A stretch of 63,320 bases of DNA, the filler included, from Nemertoderma westbladi (lineage: Eukaryota > Animalia > Xenacoelomorpha): assembly GCA_032718475.1 (NCBI GenBank). It is 3 parts of 3 records of this genome, joined end to end, with 100 filler letters (N's around TTAATTAATTAA, not from the genome) between each part and the next. Parts side by side here need not be neighbours in the genome. Positions count along the whole stretch, not along the records: positions 31,389 to 57,557 come from JAUCBJ010003776.1; 2 more parts are not named here. One strand, 5' to 3'. The translations under genes and the position numbers were made by a program. Shown piece by piece: positions 36,893 to 49,939 of this stretch (the first letter of the stretch is position 1; each line of letters begins with the position of its first letter). The notes beneath the pieces were generated by a model. It saw only the letters and a program-made list of their open reading frames with translations. It was not told where the DNA came from and ran no database searches.

Positions 36893-38262
36893 GCCTCGTT
36901 CTCCATACCTCTCGTCCATACCCCCCCCCCCCCCATACCACCCAGGGTCTCTCAACTCTCCACCCCGAACCCTCCCTCCACACCACCCAGTTTCTCTCAT
37001 GACTCTCCACCCCGACCCCCACCCCCCACACCACCCAGGGTCTCTCCCGAATGTCCACCCTGAACCCCCCCCCCCCCCCACACACACACACCAATTCATT
37101 AAATATAACATATTAGTAACATTTTTCTTTTATTTTTACTCGTCTATCTATTATTTTTAAATTATTTAGGTGCCAAATTCAACGCGTTGGTTCAGCGAGG
37201 TGGTGGATGATCTCGACTGCGATCTGGTGGAGATACTTATCCATCCATTGGCGCAGTTATCTGTGGTTGCCACGGCTGCGGGCTGGGGTATTTCAGCCCC
37301 TTATCTTAAGCAGCACGTGGCGTGGCGCACTACATGTCGCTGAGAACGGCCAAGTATTCCCGGCAGTGGCTCTTCCGTATTGGAGGGCCGCAATCATTCG
37401 CCACTTATTTGCGTTCATTGACATCTGATAATTGCCAGTGTAACGACGTCAATCTAGAGGCGATACGAGATATGGAAGAGATGGAGATCACGGTCCATCG
37501 GGCGCAGCAGCGAACCGCGCCAAGTTGTTACTGCCTAGTTGTTGGCTACCTTTTATTCAACTTGCTTGGTTCTCTATATTTAAACAGAAACACCACGTTA
37601 CATACAGTATATGCGTTCAGGGCGGTTGAGCACGTCTTCTTCCCCCGATTCAGCGCAATTCGCCATCATCTACTCTATTATTCCTATAACAAAATAAATT
37701 ATATAATCACAAAAAGTGTAAACTGATCTTTATGTAATATTTGTAAACTGGTGTTTATTTTGCAATATATTTTATAATATATAGTACATTTTTAATAACA
37801 ATTTTATTATAATTTAACTGATTAAAAATAAATAAATTAATTATACGTAATGTTTTCATACAAGTATTAATACTTGTAGCACTAAAAATAATAAATCGGA
37901 TTTGAATAAATTGTAATTATATTCGCTACTTCTGTTAAAAGTTAACAGATTAGAGTTTCCTACAACCTGGTTACGATTGGTAACTTAAACTTTAATTAAT
38001 AACTTAACATTTCAATAACCTCAAAACAATAGATGATAAAGTGCCACTGTCAATGACACTATTGTAATTTATTTTATTGTTTGACATTGCTTAATTAACA
38101 TATTGCTTTAAAGTTAATCACAGTGTTGGAAGGTACTCAAAATAAATATATTATACAATTATTAATTGTAATTAAACCACCACATATACATATATTCAAT
38201 GTATATGTACTACAAAACATATACTACAATAGCTACAATATTATACAAACGTAGCAACAGTA

Positions 38263-38841
38263 CTAAATACTCATCGGCGGAGGGGGTGGAGGCTGAGTAT
38301 GTTTAAAGTTTTTCATATGTTCCATACTAAAAGACATACACCAAGTGCCATACATGCACTCAGGACGGTTGTCCACGTCGCCTGATTCTGAACAGTTATC
38401 CACCACTTCTTCAGATTCAGATCGATTCTCAACCAACGCCTCCTGTTCATCCTCCTCCGACTCAGTGCAGAACAAAGTCTCAACCCTCTCATCACTGTTG
38501 ATGGAATAAAAGAAAATATCCTCGTCACTCTCCATATCAGTACGGAAAATTGTAAAGGTATGGGTTGGTGGTGGTAATAAAGATATTTTATCTTTATTCT
38601 TGAGTTCTTTCCAACAGTTTCTCTCCAAGACGTGGAACGCTTCTTCCCCATTTTTTTGAAAAAAAGTAGCGTTCTCGCTTATGGGTTTGACCCATAACCT
38701 CCCGTCGCTACTTAAGTTAAGAACTGCATGTTTACGAGAAACTGTAAGATCTCTAATTTGCAACCATGGGAGCCTACCAATGGTAGTATCCCCCAGCGCG
38801 ATAGGAATAGCCGGTTCTTCTTCGTGATAAAGTTTAAACAT
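38263..38841 (-). CDS. Intronless miniature APLF-like protein (FHA + acidic tract + one PBZ), 192 aa
   Basis: IGRLPWLQIRDLTVSRKHA...N is an APLF/PNKP/aprataxin-type FHA. Acidic run ESEEDEQE. RPECMYGTWC-x6-H-x5-H fits PBZ spacing. ATG-to-stop intact. Confidence 0.8.
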   Translation of the reverse strand: MFKLYHEEEPAIPIALGDTTIGRLPWLQIRDLTVSRKHAVLNLSSDGRLWVKPISENATFFQKNGEEAFHVLERNCWKELKNKDKISLLPPPTHTFTIFRTDMESDEDIFFYSINSDERVETLFCTESEEDEQEALVENRSESEEVVDNCSESGDVDNRPECMYGTWCMSFSMEHMKNFKHTQPPPPPPMSI

Positions 38842-38961
38842 TATTATTAAATATGAAGTAAATTAAGTAATAGATTCGTAAAAAAAGTAGCTAAACTAAC
38901 TTAATTTCGCTGGTCCATCACCCTTAATTGTAGTATGTAGCGTAGATTAAGTTGATAAATA

Positions 38962-39074
38962 TCTAGTTTATTTAAATTAATACTTTAAATGTTAAAAAAA
39001 CGCAAAATTTGGAGTTTAAAGAATGGAAACATTCCAGATCTTATCTAAAAGGGATAATGGATGGAAAAGATTAT
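38962..39074 (+). repeat. ~113-bp repeat; empty-site copy of the piggyBac target
   Basis: Matches 41775-41808 joined to 44694-44773. Confidence 0.88.
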
Positions 39075-39430
39075 TGAAAAAATCAATGTTTTTGTTATAT
39101 TTCAAATTCTATCCGAAATATAGCCGATAATATCTGCACAAACTTAGTAACTGATATGTAGAGTTTGTGTATTGTATAGCCTCAAACTTCTCCGCCCTCA
39201 GATCGTGGCATACTGTTAATGACGGTAGTTTATATAATTCTCGTGTCGGCGTTTCTTTTTGGGCTCGTTATTCATACGTTTTTGATTTTCCAACTGATGA
39301 ATTTTTATCTGAAAATTAAAAAGATATTAATTTACATTAGTAATAAATTTTTATTGTGTTATTTTTACAACAATTATTCTATTGTTAGAGTAATGTATAT
39401 TTTATATAAAGACTTGCGACTATTAGTATA

Positions 39431-41665
39431 TTAGTTTACTTTAGTATGCAGACACAATTCACCATTTGAAAACTTTGGTTGCTCACTCTGTCTATTAAAT
39501 GTAAAACGGAGGATCTGGTTAATGAACAGAATCAAATCAAGTAGCTCACGACATGATCTTGTTATAGAATTAATAATACTAGGTGAATCGGTATCCCTCC
39601 AACAATTATCCTCCGAAGGATTCCCACTAGTTACCTGATCATGGCTAGTGATAGAAACTGTTCCAACTTCGTTTCGGTGCTGTGAAAGATATTTTTGTAA
39701 TACTTCCTGTTCACCAGCCCGAGTTCCTACAACCTTTAAGACAACATCTGGGACATCATCCCAGCTATCAAGGAAGTTACAGCGTCTCTTTAATATTCCT
39801 ATCATTTGATCAATCAAATTAGGAGATGGGTTTGATGTGCGAAAGATTGTTATAACTAGTTGCAATTCTTCATCATTTGCACTACGAACAAAATGTCTGC
39901 AAACCAGAACAGTAAAGGTTGTAATAAAATGAGTACTAAGCCAAACTACTCGACCCTGAACAGGCTCTAGTTGGCAATGATCTCCACATCCTATGAATAA
40001 TTTTCCACCAAATAGCCTTTGTGTGTTACATATTCTATGCAGTATGAGATCAATGGCTGCTAGTTGTTCACAAAAAAGCATGCCACACTCCTCAAAGAAA
40101 ATGATATTCAATCGTTTAAGTAAAGCAAGTTTAGATGGACTTTTTGCTAAACTTAAGAGACATTCTTGAGCTAATCCTGTAGATGTTATTTTACCATGAT
40201 GAACACCAAATGGCATAAGTAAATGAAGATGTTCACCCCCTAATACTCTGGCTCTCTCACTTGTAATTTCTGTGAGCATAACATTCAGACCACATGCAAG
40301 GCTGTAAGCCATAGCTTCCAACATTACTGTTGTCTTTCCTACACCTGGTGCTCCTACTAACCATGGAGAATGGACAAAGTTGTTGATGGATGCTGATATT
40401 CATCAATAGCATTTACTAATATCTGCAAAATATCTCGTTGCTCAGCAATGTAATCCTGTGATTGTCCTTGAACTGATTTCAAAGAGGTTTCCAATTAAGA
40501 GGGCATTCTCGGGTAGCAGTTATTAATTGTCGATCATGTGGTAAAACACCCTGCTCATCAGGTAATACCAAACCATCTTTCTCATATAGTGAATCAACTA
40601 AATTTCTGCGTCTCATACTCTCAATATTAGCTACTTGTTCAGTACACTGGTCCCGAATACTATCCTCATAAAAGAGAGGTATTGCCTCATAGAGCAAACC
40701 ATCTCCAGCAAAGAATTGTCTAACACCAGTATTAGCTAGATGGAGGAAACGCTGGAGTTGAATATTTCCAATGGATTGAAAAGTGAGCTCTTTCACAACA
40801 TATGATTGAAGTAAGCTATTAACCTCCTCAGCTGGCACATTATTCTCATTTGATAAGACTTGCTCTGACGAATGAAGTCCGAATATCTTGGACAGATAGA
40901 GAAGATCTAACTCTGTCTCAAAGCTGCCAAATACGTATACCAAATGAAATAAGAAAAACGGCTCATTTGTAAAGGACTTATACAAGAAAATGTCAACAAT
41001 TGCAGGTTTTTTATCAGGTTTTAAGAGAGCTTACAAATCTCTTATATAATTGTCCTGCAGCAATGGGAAGAAATACCTCATCTAACAACTGCTTAGCAAT
41101 AATATTCCCATTCGCAGCTTTACATGTAAGAAATTCCACAGCTATTGGAATGCCAGTAGGCCTTAGTTTCCAACGACGTTTATTGCCATCAATCCATCGG
41201 CATTTCTTAAGTTCAAAGTGACAATGATATTTCTGTACTACCTATTCTACTATACCTATTCATATACTACCTACTATTTTTGTAATACCAAAGCATTCAA
41301 AGAAAACCTCTACTTTATCAAAATCTCGGAGTTTAGGAGCTCTGATACTAAAGGATGTTATGGAGTCGGCAATATACACACTATTCCCCATCTCGTGAAC
41401 TGTAAGAACCTGATTGTCAGTAAATTGATGCCATTCAGGTAGTCCAACTATTGCATCGCGTGCTTGGACAGATTCCATTATACCTACATCTCCCTGTGTA
41501 TATTTGACAATGCCATGTCTATATTCAGGAGTCAGGTTCGATACATGAACAAATTCAACATTGGTTCGGATATATGGAAACCCTAGAAGATTATGTACAA
41601 CCTCTGGATATCCCATTTCCCTTGACTTAATTGCAGTCTTTGTTTCTTTTTTTTTCCTTCTCTTT
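39431..41665 (-). pseudogene. Helitron-like Rep-helicase, C-terminal part (Pif1 family)
   Basis: Walker A GAPGVGKTT (~40335-40360), FFEECGML, LFGGKLFIGCGDHCQLEPV. Upstream REMGYPEVVHNLLGFP is Rep C-terminus-like. Several frameshifts. Confidence 0.78.
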
Positions 41666-41808
41666 TAGAATCTTATTATGAAGACGGGACTCGAATAACC
41701 TGCGGTCTTTGCGGGATTACATGGAATAGACTTATCGGTCATCGGAGATCTTCAAATTGTATAAGTCTAGTAGTTCTAGTTTATTTAAATTAATACTTTA
41801 AATGTTAA

Positions 41809-44689
41809 CCTTCTAATTACCGCGAAAAAAAGTTACGTTAAGTACCATGGGGTCGCTAGCGACCCCACCTGCTATATTCCATTTTTGGGTCAACAAAATA
41901 AAATAGTTTTTACTGCAACATAGGGGTAAAGTGTCAAAAACAGCATCCGTGTACACAGACCACACGGAGGTGATAGTTACAAATGGCCTTGCCGCAAGCG
42001 CTGCATCGCTCGGTGGTCTTCCGATCCTGATCTCGAGGGCAGGATTCGCAACGGGCATTTCCTGCAGCCAATGGCGGCACGGCCTGCGCACCAGGTTGCG
42101 CCTCCTGGCGGTCCCGCATCATCTTCCCGGCCATCAGCTCGAATGCCAGCTTCTCCAGGTAGAGGCATCTTCGATGGGATTTTCCTTCCATGAACTCGGG
42201 AAAACAAAACAAGAAGATGACGAAGGAGTTGTAAGCAGCAATGTCGACCAAATTCCCGAAGAACAACTGCGGCCAACGTCGGCACTTGCGTTGACACGAG
42301 TACGTGCGCAGAAGCTTGTCCAGCGTGTCCACGGCACCCTTGGTGCGATTGTAGTGGAGAATTATCTCCGGTTTCTTGTCTTGGCGATCCTCATGAACTT
42401 CGGCATCATGGTGCTGCGTAGATAAAAGAACCACGTTCTTTTTCTTCTTGGGCACGTATGAAACTAGTGTCATGCCGTTGTGGAAGGCGAACTTGCTGGA
42501 CTGAACAGCGCGAGAACGGACGTATAGCATAGCAGGAGGCAGAAATCGGCGATTCTTCCTCACGGTGCCACACAAAGTAAGCTGACGATACAGCATTGAC
42601 TGTGCCAGATCGTATGAGGTGAAGAAGTTGTCCATTGTGCATCCTCATCCAGCTCCTGAAAGATGCTTGGTCATCTGCAAGACCACTCTGGATGCTTGTC
42701 CAACTTTAGGACCGCGTCCAGTCATACCCGTATACAGCTCGAAGTTGGTGAGGTACGCAGTGTCCACATCGCAGCACGCCCAAACCTTCATGCCATACTT
42801 CCCAGGTTTTGAAGGAATATAAACTTTGAACGGGCAGCGGCCTCTGTACACTACCAGCTGTTCGTCCACGCAAACTTGTGCGCCAACTTTGTAGTTGTTG
42901 CGGCAGAGGGCAGCTAACTTGTCATGGAGTACGCGAATCGGCGCCATCTTGTCCCGCTGTCTCCATTCTTCGCGGTCTGCGCGTGAGTCGAATCGGAGGA
43001 CACGAGTCAAGACTTGAAAGCGGTTCCTTCCCATGCAATTGCCGAAGACCGGGCGGCCACTTTCCCGGTTTCAGAGATGTATCACTGGTTCCGATCTCGC
43101 TCGATAAACTCCTGCCAATAGTATGAGTCCCAGGTAGGCTTGCAACTCAACCCGGTCAATAGGACTCCAAGTCTCCGTGTAAACCCGGCTCCCCTCCTCG
43201 TTCGTACACTGTATGATAATGTCTAAAATCTCATTCGTGAAAAAGCAGGAAAATGCACCTGCAGGGGTATCTGCCTGCTCCCTAACACGACGAGTTGGCC
43301 CAGCAGCTTCTCGAAGGATGTTGGCACGCGCAGGTCTACCTCGTGGATCCAGCCCAGAGGTGATGCTCCAGACCTTGCCGTCCTTCGAAGTAAGTTGAGC
43401 AGCTGGAGCAGCAGCTGTAGCAGCAGGAGTGGCCTCCTCCGGTTCATCAACTTCGTCACTCTCGGAAGAACCATCCTGTTCCAGAACAACATCCTCCTCC
43501 TCTTGGTCGCTCACGTTGCCGATTTCCTCCTCATTTTCATCATCACTCTCGCTTTCATAATTGAGTATGATATCTAGGGCTTGCTGTGCAGTATACCGGA
43601 TAGATATGTTTTGAGATATATAATAATGATCGGTAACGGTACCGTTACGGCTGTACGGTATCCTACTAGGGCCTATATCCTGCCTGATATCTTTTGTAGG
43701 CCTACCTACCACCGGTCCGGTACGTACCGGGCATACGTGGAGTTTAGTGTCGGATTCAAATTGCCCGTTTTTTTACTGTTTGAATGGACTTCCCGAAGGG
43801 GGTAGTGTTAGTCCCTTGGTTAGGATTGCATTACAACCCTAACCTAGATCTAACAGTAATCAGGTAATCCTAATTGGGTTGGTGAGCGAAGCGAACGGCG
43901 CGAAGCGCCCAAGCCAATAAAAAAGGTCAGAAAGTGATCGGTGAGTAGGCCTACAACAAGGTAGGTACTGAACCGGAGCGGAGGTAACCATGAAAGCAAC
44001 CTCTCTCTTCAGCTCTTGGCTTCTACACGAGGGTAGGCTGAGGCGCCACTGACACAACTAATTTCTTTACCCCCGGCACATGGCCGGTACCAATTTACCG
44101 ACCAATAATTTGGTGACCTATAATCTACATTTCCTCAGATTATGGCTTACTGTATGCGGACGGGAGGAGTCACTTGTTCGTTAGATATACATAAATATAA
44201 CGTAGCTAATGTGAGTTGCTAGGGCAATCTGAAAATTTGTCTCGTGTTTGTGCCGGAGATAATATACTGTACATCATCCGATGAGAAGATTTCCTCAGAT
44301 TATGGCTTACTGTATGCGGATGGGAGGAGTCACTTGTTCATGTAATTGTAACCTAAGAAGCACACGTACAAGCATATACAGACATGTAATCTGCATGTGG
44401 CTTATAATCTACCACACCCCTGCCAGCGTTCCACCTGTGTTCTGTCTCGCCGTCTACGTATATGGTTGGGGTCGCTAGCGACCCCATGGTACATAACGCT
44501 GCATTTTTTATAATTGCTAATAAATAGTGTGTTGGGACAGCAATTTAGATTTTTTTCACTACCAGCTATAGAAAACACTGGTAGAATTTTTACCACGGAT
44601 CATTTTGTTTCCGGAAATAATTTAGTACGCATCTATAGAAATTATAAATGTGTTCTGGGGTCGCTAGCGACCCCACGGTAATTAGAAGG
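41809..44689 (-). mobile_element. Full-length piggyBac transposon
   Basis: TTAA TSDs (41805-41808, 44690-44693). TIR CCTTCTAATTACCG. Three copies of the 20-bp palindrome TGGGGTCGCTAGCGACCCCA (41848, 44467, 44656). Confidence 0.95.
41934..43600 (-). pseudogene. piggyBac (PGBD4-like) transposase, frameshifted
   Basis: VDEQLV, KPGKYG, DNFFTS, YNRTKGAVDTLD and a C-terminal Cys-rich domain, split over ORFs 43071-43712, 42645-43034 and 41934-42635. Confidence 0.9.
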
Positions 44690-45109
44690 TTAAAAAAAAC
44701 GCAAAATTTGGAGTTTAAAGAATGGAAACATTCCAGATCTTATCTAAAAGGGATAATGGATGGAATAGATTATCGTTCTAGAGTAAGTTTAATAATATAT
44801 ACAATGTACAATTAGCCATTGTCAGCTGCCAGCCAACGTGGAATGGTGGAATGGCTAGAAGGGACGGGTACAACAGCGTCGCGGATGTCTGAGAGTACAA
44901 TATATGGGTTGTATTGCCGCCCTCGACGTCCGCGCCGACTCATACGACCTTGTCATGGGCTATTACTCATTACATTTATGATGGGGTTACGTCCGTTTAT
45001 ATGTATGCGGTCCATGTTTCTATAGTAGGTATGCTTAATAATCAATTTGGTGCACACCACTTGTGTTTGATTTTTTAAATACCGCATTTAGAGGAAAAGG
45101 AACAGGTTA

Positions 45110-45292
45110 ATGATGCAGGCTTTTCTAACCAAAACAATAAACGATCACTTTTCCATTTCAGGGAAACCATATGCTCAGACAGTCAGTAGTCACATGGCCA
45201 GACACTCAGTAGTCACTCTATGCTCTATAACCAAAAAAATCGGGCAGCCAAGTGGTGTGCACCAAATTGATTTGAGCCGGGTATTAGATTAG
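45110..45292 (+). pseudogene. Possible tyrosine-recombinase box II fragment
   Basis: VSSHMARHSVVT fits H-x-x-R. Opposite strand to the neighbouring YR fragment. Confidence 0.35.
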
Positions 45293-45853
45293 TATTAGGA
45301 TTACACTACTATTAACAATTACAGAATCAATTATACTATTAAGCACAAGAAATCACACCAAACAGCCAAATCACAAACCAAATCACACACCAAATCACAA
45401 ACAAAATCACAAACCAAATCATAAAAAATAACCGCAAACAAAACCAATTCTCTGGGTGTGAAGACTCAACGATTCTAATATCGTCATGTATGTGGTTTAT
45501 TACATTTCAAAATTAGCTGAAATACTACGAGAATACGTACAATGGAATAAGTCTACCAGGTACCAGTAAGGATTCCAATTCCATATTTCAATATCTCCAA
45601 AGCTACGACAGGCCTACTCCATAAGATCAATTGAAAAAAACATTGAATTTTAAACTCTACCGGTAGGCCCTATTCCAAAAGTTTAATTTTAATAAAAAAT
45701 ACTTAATAATTAATTATTAATAACTTATTAATAATACTTAATAAAATAATTAATAAAAATTTTATTTACAGTATTATTATTTTAATTTAATCGATCTTTA
45801 ATTAAAAAGATTAATAAGGGTTATTTTGATAAAAAAATATCTAAGCCTGTAAG

Positions 45854-46830
45854 CTATATACTGTTAGGTATATTGGCCATTGGGGTTTGCCACTGCTTGG
45901 GCCATTTGTTTCTGATAGTTTTAATATATGATTCAATCATACTAAACGTATCTGCATCAAGTACAACACCTGCATGCGATGATGTCTTTGTTTTGTGATT
46001 TGCCACAAGTATTAGATGTTGGTTTGATGGGGGAAACAAAGGCTTTATGTGTTGATCGTTGAAACGCAGAGAGTTTCATGCAGCCAGCCACACTTGGCCT
46101 CTGCTGCTCACCAATACATATAAGACACATCATGTATCTTACAACGAGGACATGACATACTTACATTCCTGCATATATAACCGGCACTCAAGCAATGCTT
46201 CTGTACTGTATCACGAATGTCCTTGTTATTTATCACTTCTAAGGCTTCCGCAGATTTTATATCATGAAATTGTCTGAAGGAAGTCTATAGCTAGGAAGTC
46301 TAGAAGGAAGTCTAATCTTGGGATTCTACCTTGGAGTGGTATCTCCTGATGGCTTTCAAGGTGTGATTAAAACTACCAGACTGCAGTAAAGAGGTCCGAT
46401 TGGATCCTGTCTCCTTAAGCCGAAACTTGAATTATGAAATGATCACTTCAATGATAGAGTCTATGGCTGACCCTTTCATGCCACATTCTTTGTGCATATC
46501 TGCAAATATTGACTGTAGCATGTCAAAGTCAGCCAAAGACTCTTCCATGAAAGCCATTTCAACGTTGTTTTGGGCCTTCTGTATTTGATAGGCCATTCTT
46601 GAGACCTTATACAACTGATCTATTATACATTTTTTTGATGTCTTCTGCTGCTGCTCTAAAGATGATTTCCATCGTAAGAGTTCAGGGGAACTATCCACAC
46701 TGAACCTTTGATAGTGCCCCTCCCTCTGTAGATTCCCCTTTGTAGTACCTTCTTTATAGCAATACGATGGTTCTACAATATTATCCACAATTATTGAAAC
46801 TTCTTCTGGCTCACTGTCCGATTCAAAAAT
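45854..46830 (-). pseudogene. Tyrosine-recombinase (Crypton-like) gene fragment
   Basis: QQRPSVAGCMKLSAF (~46060-46106; box I Arg), then after a frameshift ILVANHKT (catalytic Lys region). Confidence 0.55.
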
Positions 46831-47044
46831 GCGAATTTCTCAGCATTGCTAATTCGAAATTGAACCAAACTTAGTAGGTAAGTAGTAGAGGAAAAGTTTA
46901 GAAAATTTGTAAAGTTTGGTGAAAAATCATGCAGTCTGACGTCAGCTATGACAGATTGTGTGGTTTTTAGAAAATGTTAAATTTCTCCGGAACGTCTCAT
47001 TTTCCAGAGCTGAAATTTTGGTTGCTTGTAGAGAATCATGAAGT

Positions 47045-47292
47045 CTATCTTCTACGAAATTGAAAAGTTAAGACATTTGTTGAGTTTAGAACCGAGGGTT
47101 GAGACGACGAATTTGGAGAGGAATGATTCGTCGACGAACTGGCTGGAAGGACGGTTGCCGTTGGTCCATTGGCGCATTGGTTGAGGGTTAGTGGAGTACA
47201 CGAGGTGCAGGGAACTCCAGCTTTGGAGCACCTGCCCTGCACCCCAGACAAGCCCCGCTGCGGCAAGTGCAGCAGCATTGCGTGGGCACCAT
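47045..47292 (-). mobile_element. Cys-rich N-terminal fragment of a probable non-LTR retrotransposon ORF
   Basis: MVPTQCCCTCRSGACLGC(fs)RCSKAGVPCTSCTP...CAN followed by a Ser-rich linker. Confidence 0.35.
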
Positions 47293-49331
47293 TATTACAG
47301 TATTAGAATCAAAATCAAATCATCAAAATCATTATGTAGGAACTACTTCTTTGTACTGTTTTAGATAGACTGCGACTAGCACCGCACCACATATTTTAGC
47401 AGTTTAGTAGGCCTTGGTACAGACTCAACATTACTATAATCAGTAATGATCAGATTATAATCAGAGTTAAAAGAACAATAGAAAGCTTGCCCCATTGAAT
47501 AGCATACGGAATAAATACCACACTGCTAGTATCCAGGGATACATAATAATAACGTGGCATTCTGGAAGGCACTTGACTAACGGACAAATGGCCCATGTTT
47601 GGGCACAAACGTTTCTACTGTTTGTGGATTCCGAAATCACATCTCTACTACATGTGAATCCTGCAATATCCTACTGTAAAGTCTGTGAAGTAAACTCCAA
47701 GTAAGCAAATCTATTGCAGTATTGGTCTCGTTAACCGGTGAGGCAGAAAACAGTCTACGAACGGACAAACTTCGATAATACAAGATCCCGCGCAGCGTAT
47801 CCTAACAATCGTGCTGACTTGCTGACGGACTAAAAGCGCTCGTATACTTTGCCGCGGTGTGATTTATATGGGGTGGGGGTTGCTCGCTAAATATCTAACT
47901 AGCGGACGAACTGCGGCGTGGACAAATTATTTTATATATTTTGAGGTGTAAATAATTCCTAAATGCGTGTGTGTTTTGAATTTTATAATCAAAATTTTGT
48001 TTTGTACCCCTTCATATTATATAATTTACTGGGTCCGGTGTGCATTTTACAAATATTCTAATTTTGTGGTCTGTAGGTCTAATACTCACAGATGATAAGG
48101 CTCCTTCCTTCCCCTTTCGTGTATTTCCAGGACTCAATTTCAGGCATAAAGTTAGTAACTACGCCCGGAATTCGGCAATTTAAATCTACCAGGTCCCTAA
48201 TACTAAGAAGAAATGTGTTAGTTTACTACGGTAGGCGTACAGGTACAATAGCTAGCCTGGTCTCCTATCTAGAATTTTGGTTGCCTAGGTGGGCGTGGCA
48301 ACTTCTTATCAGGATGTCGGTGGGGACACGGTAGGTGTTAGTATCCCTAATAGCCCGAATCGTAATGCGCCTAGCACAATAAACTGCCCGACCACCTGAA
48401 CGGTACAATCCTGATTCAGGTAAAACACGGTAACCCTCTCTTGGCCTACAGACTCCAATATAAGCAATGGACACCGTTGTACTACAAAATAAGCCACCAG
48501 CGCACCTAAACACGGCAAATAAGTTAGGCGCACAGTTGTGATGTACCCTACCAATGTACATGCCCCGTAATGGTGTGCCTGCGTCTTATCTGTGTACTTG
48601 TATCTATTCTCTCTCTCTTTCTCCCCCCGTAGGAATGTGAAGGTGTACCGCGGGTTCTGCCAGGATCAAGACAGTACAGTTCCTAAATTTTAAATTTTGG
48701 CGCACAGCGTGTCACTACGTCTACCTTTGATCTCAGGTCTTACACTTAGGTAGCAAGGCATCAAATGCTGTCTAACCTTTCAGGCGATGGGCGAAGAACT
48801 ATGAATCAATATTGTGGGTGGTCTCCTTTCTACATTCCGCTGATGTTCCCATTCATTGCTGCGGCCCGCTGCTTAGCCTGCCATCTGTCCTTCAGTTGGG
48901 TTCACCGTGGTGAAACATGTTAAAAACAGATGTAACAATAATTCTAACATTATTACAAAATAGCAAACAAATTACGAAATAAAATACAAAGATAATCTGC
49001 AATAATGCACTAAATACTGTAGTAAGTGTTCAGAAGTAAAGCTCAAGATAAGACTGATTGATGTGAAGTGAAGAGAATTGAAGATAATTTATATAGTGAA
49101 TATTTATATAGTGAATTAGTGCTGCCAACAATCTAGATAAATCTAGATCATTCTATAGGTTCCATTACATTTATAAATATAACTATTGGTCCAGCAAACG
49201 CATTAACTTGCACGACATTGGTTACTGTCAATAACTGCAATCACATTGGTTAATCTACCTTGAGCAGATACAATTCAATCGTAGCGGTTGATTCAAATAA
49301 GTTGAAAATTAGCACAAAAAACAATTTGCAC

Positions 49332-49396
49332 CTACTAGGATTTGAACTCGATACCTACCAAACGATTGTCTAACGCATAACCAACTGAGCTAGGCT
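49332..49396 (-). pseudogene. tRNA-derived SINE head or tRNA pseudogene
   Basis: TAGCTCAGTTGG (A box) and GAGTTCAAATCC (B box). No convincing cloverleaf. Confidence 0.5.
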
Positions 49397-49939
49397 TGGG
49401 GTGAAACAGACTGCTGGGAGGGGGGGGGGGAAAAAGAAAACCAGCAGGAAAACAAGGAAAAACAGAGAGGGGAAAAGAGGGAAAAGGGAAGGAAAAAAGA
49501 AAAAAATGTGAAAACATTAGACATATTGCTGAAATGATTTATTTTATAAGTAGATAAAAAAGTATGGTTTTCATTTTTAAATAGGACATTATTCTAACTA
49601 CTTCCATTGAAACGCCGTTAAACAATCAAGTACACCATTCTCTCGACGGCACGTTTTTACAATATGTTTCCTATTATTAAAAAGAAATGTTCTAGAACGA
49701 ATGTGATTTTATCATCTTTTAAAATGGTTGAGATTGAGAACAACAATTATTTTGTTCTAGAACAAATACTTTTGGGGAGCAGGGTGGGGGGGGGGGGGGG
49801 GTGGGGGTTGTAACCAATGATCTAAAAGGAGAGCCTAACCAAGTAAAATTAATTTGTTCTAGAATATGCAATATTTAAATGGAGTCGAAAGAATATTTAT
49901 TAATATACATTTGTATGAAAATAATAAGAAGAAAAACTA

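Noticed and set aside
38263-44689. Teratorn-like piggyBac-herpesvirus fusion
   Set aside because: The piggyBac is self-contained between TTAA TSDs with a local empty site, and no herpesvirus genes were recognised.
49332-49396. Functional tRNA gene
   Set aside because: A and B boxes are present but the acceptor and anticodon stems do not pair convincingly.
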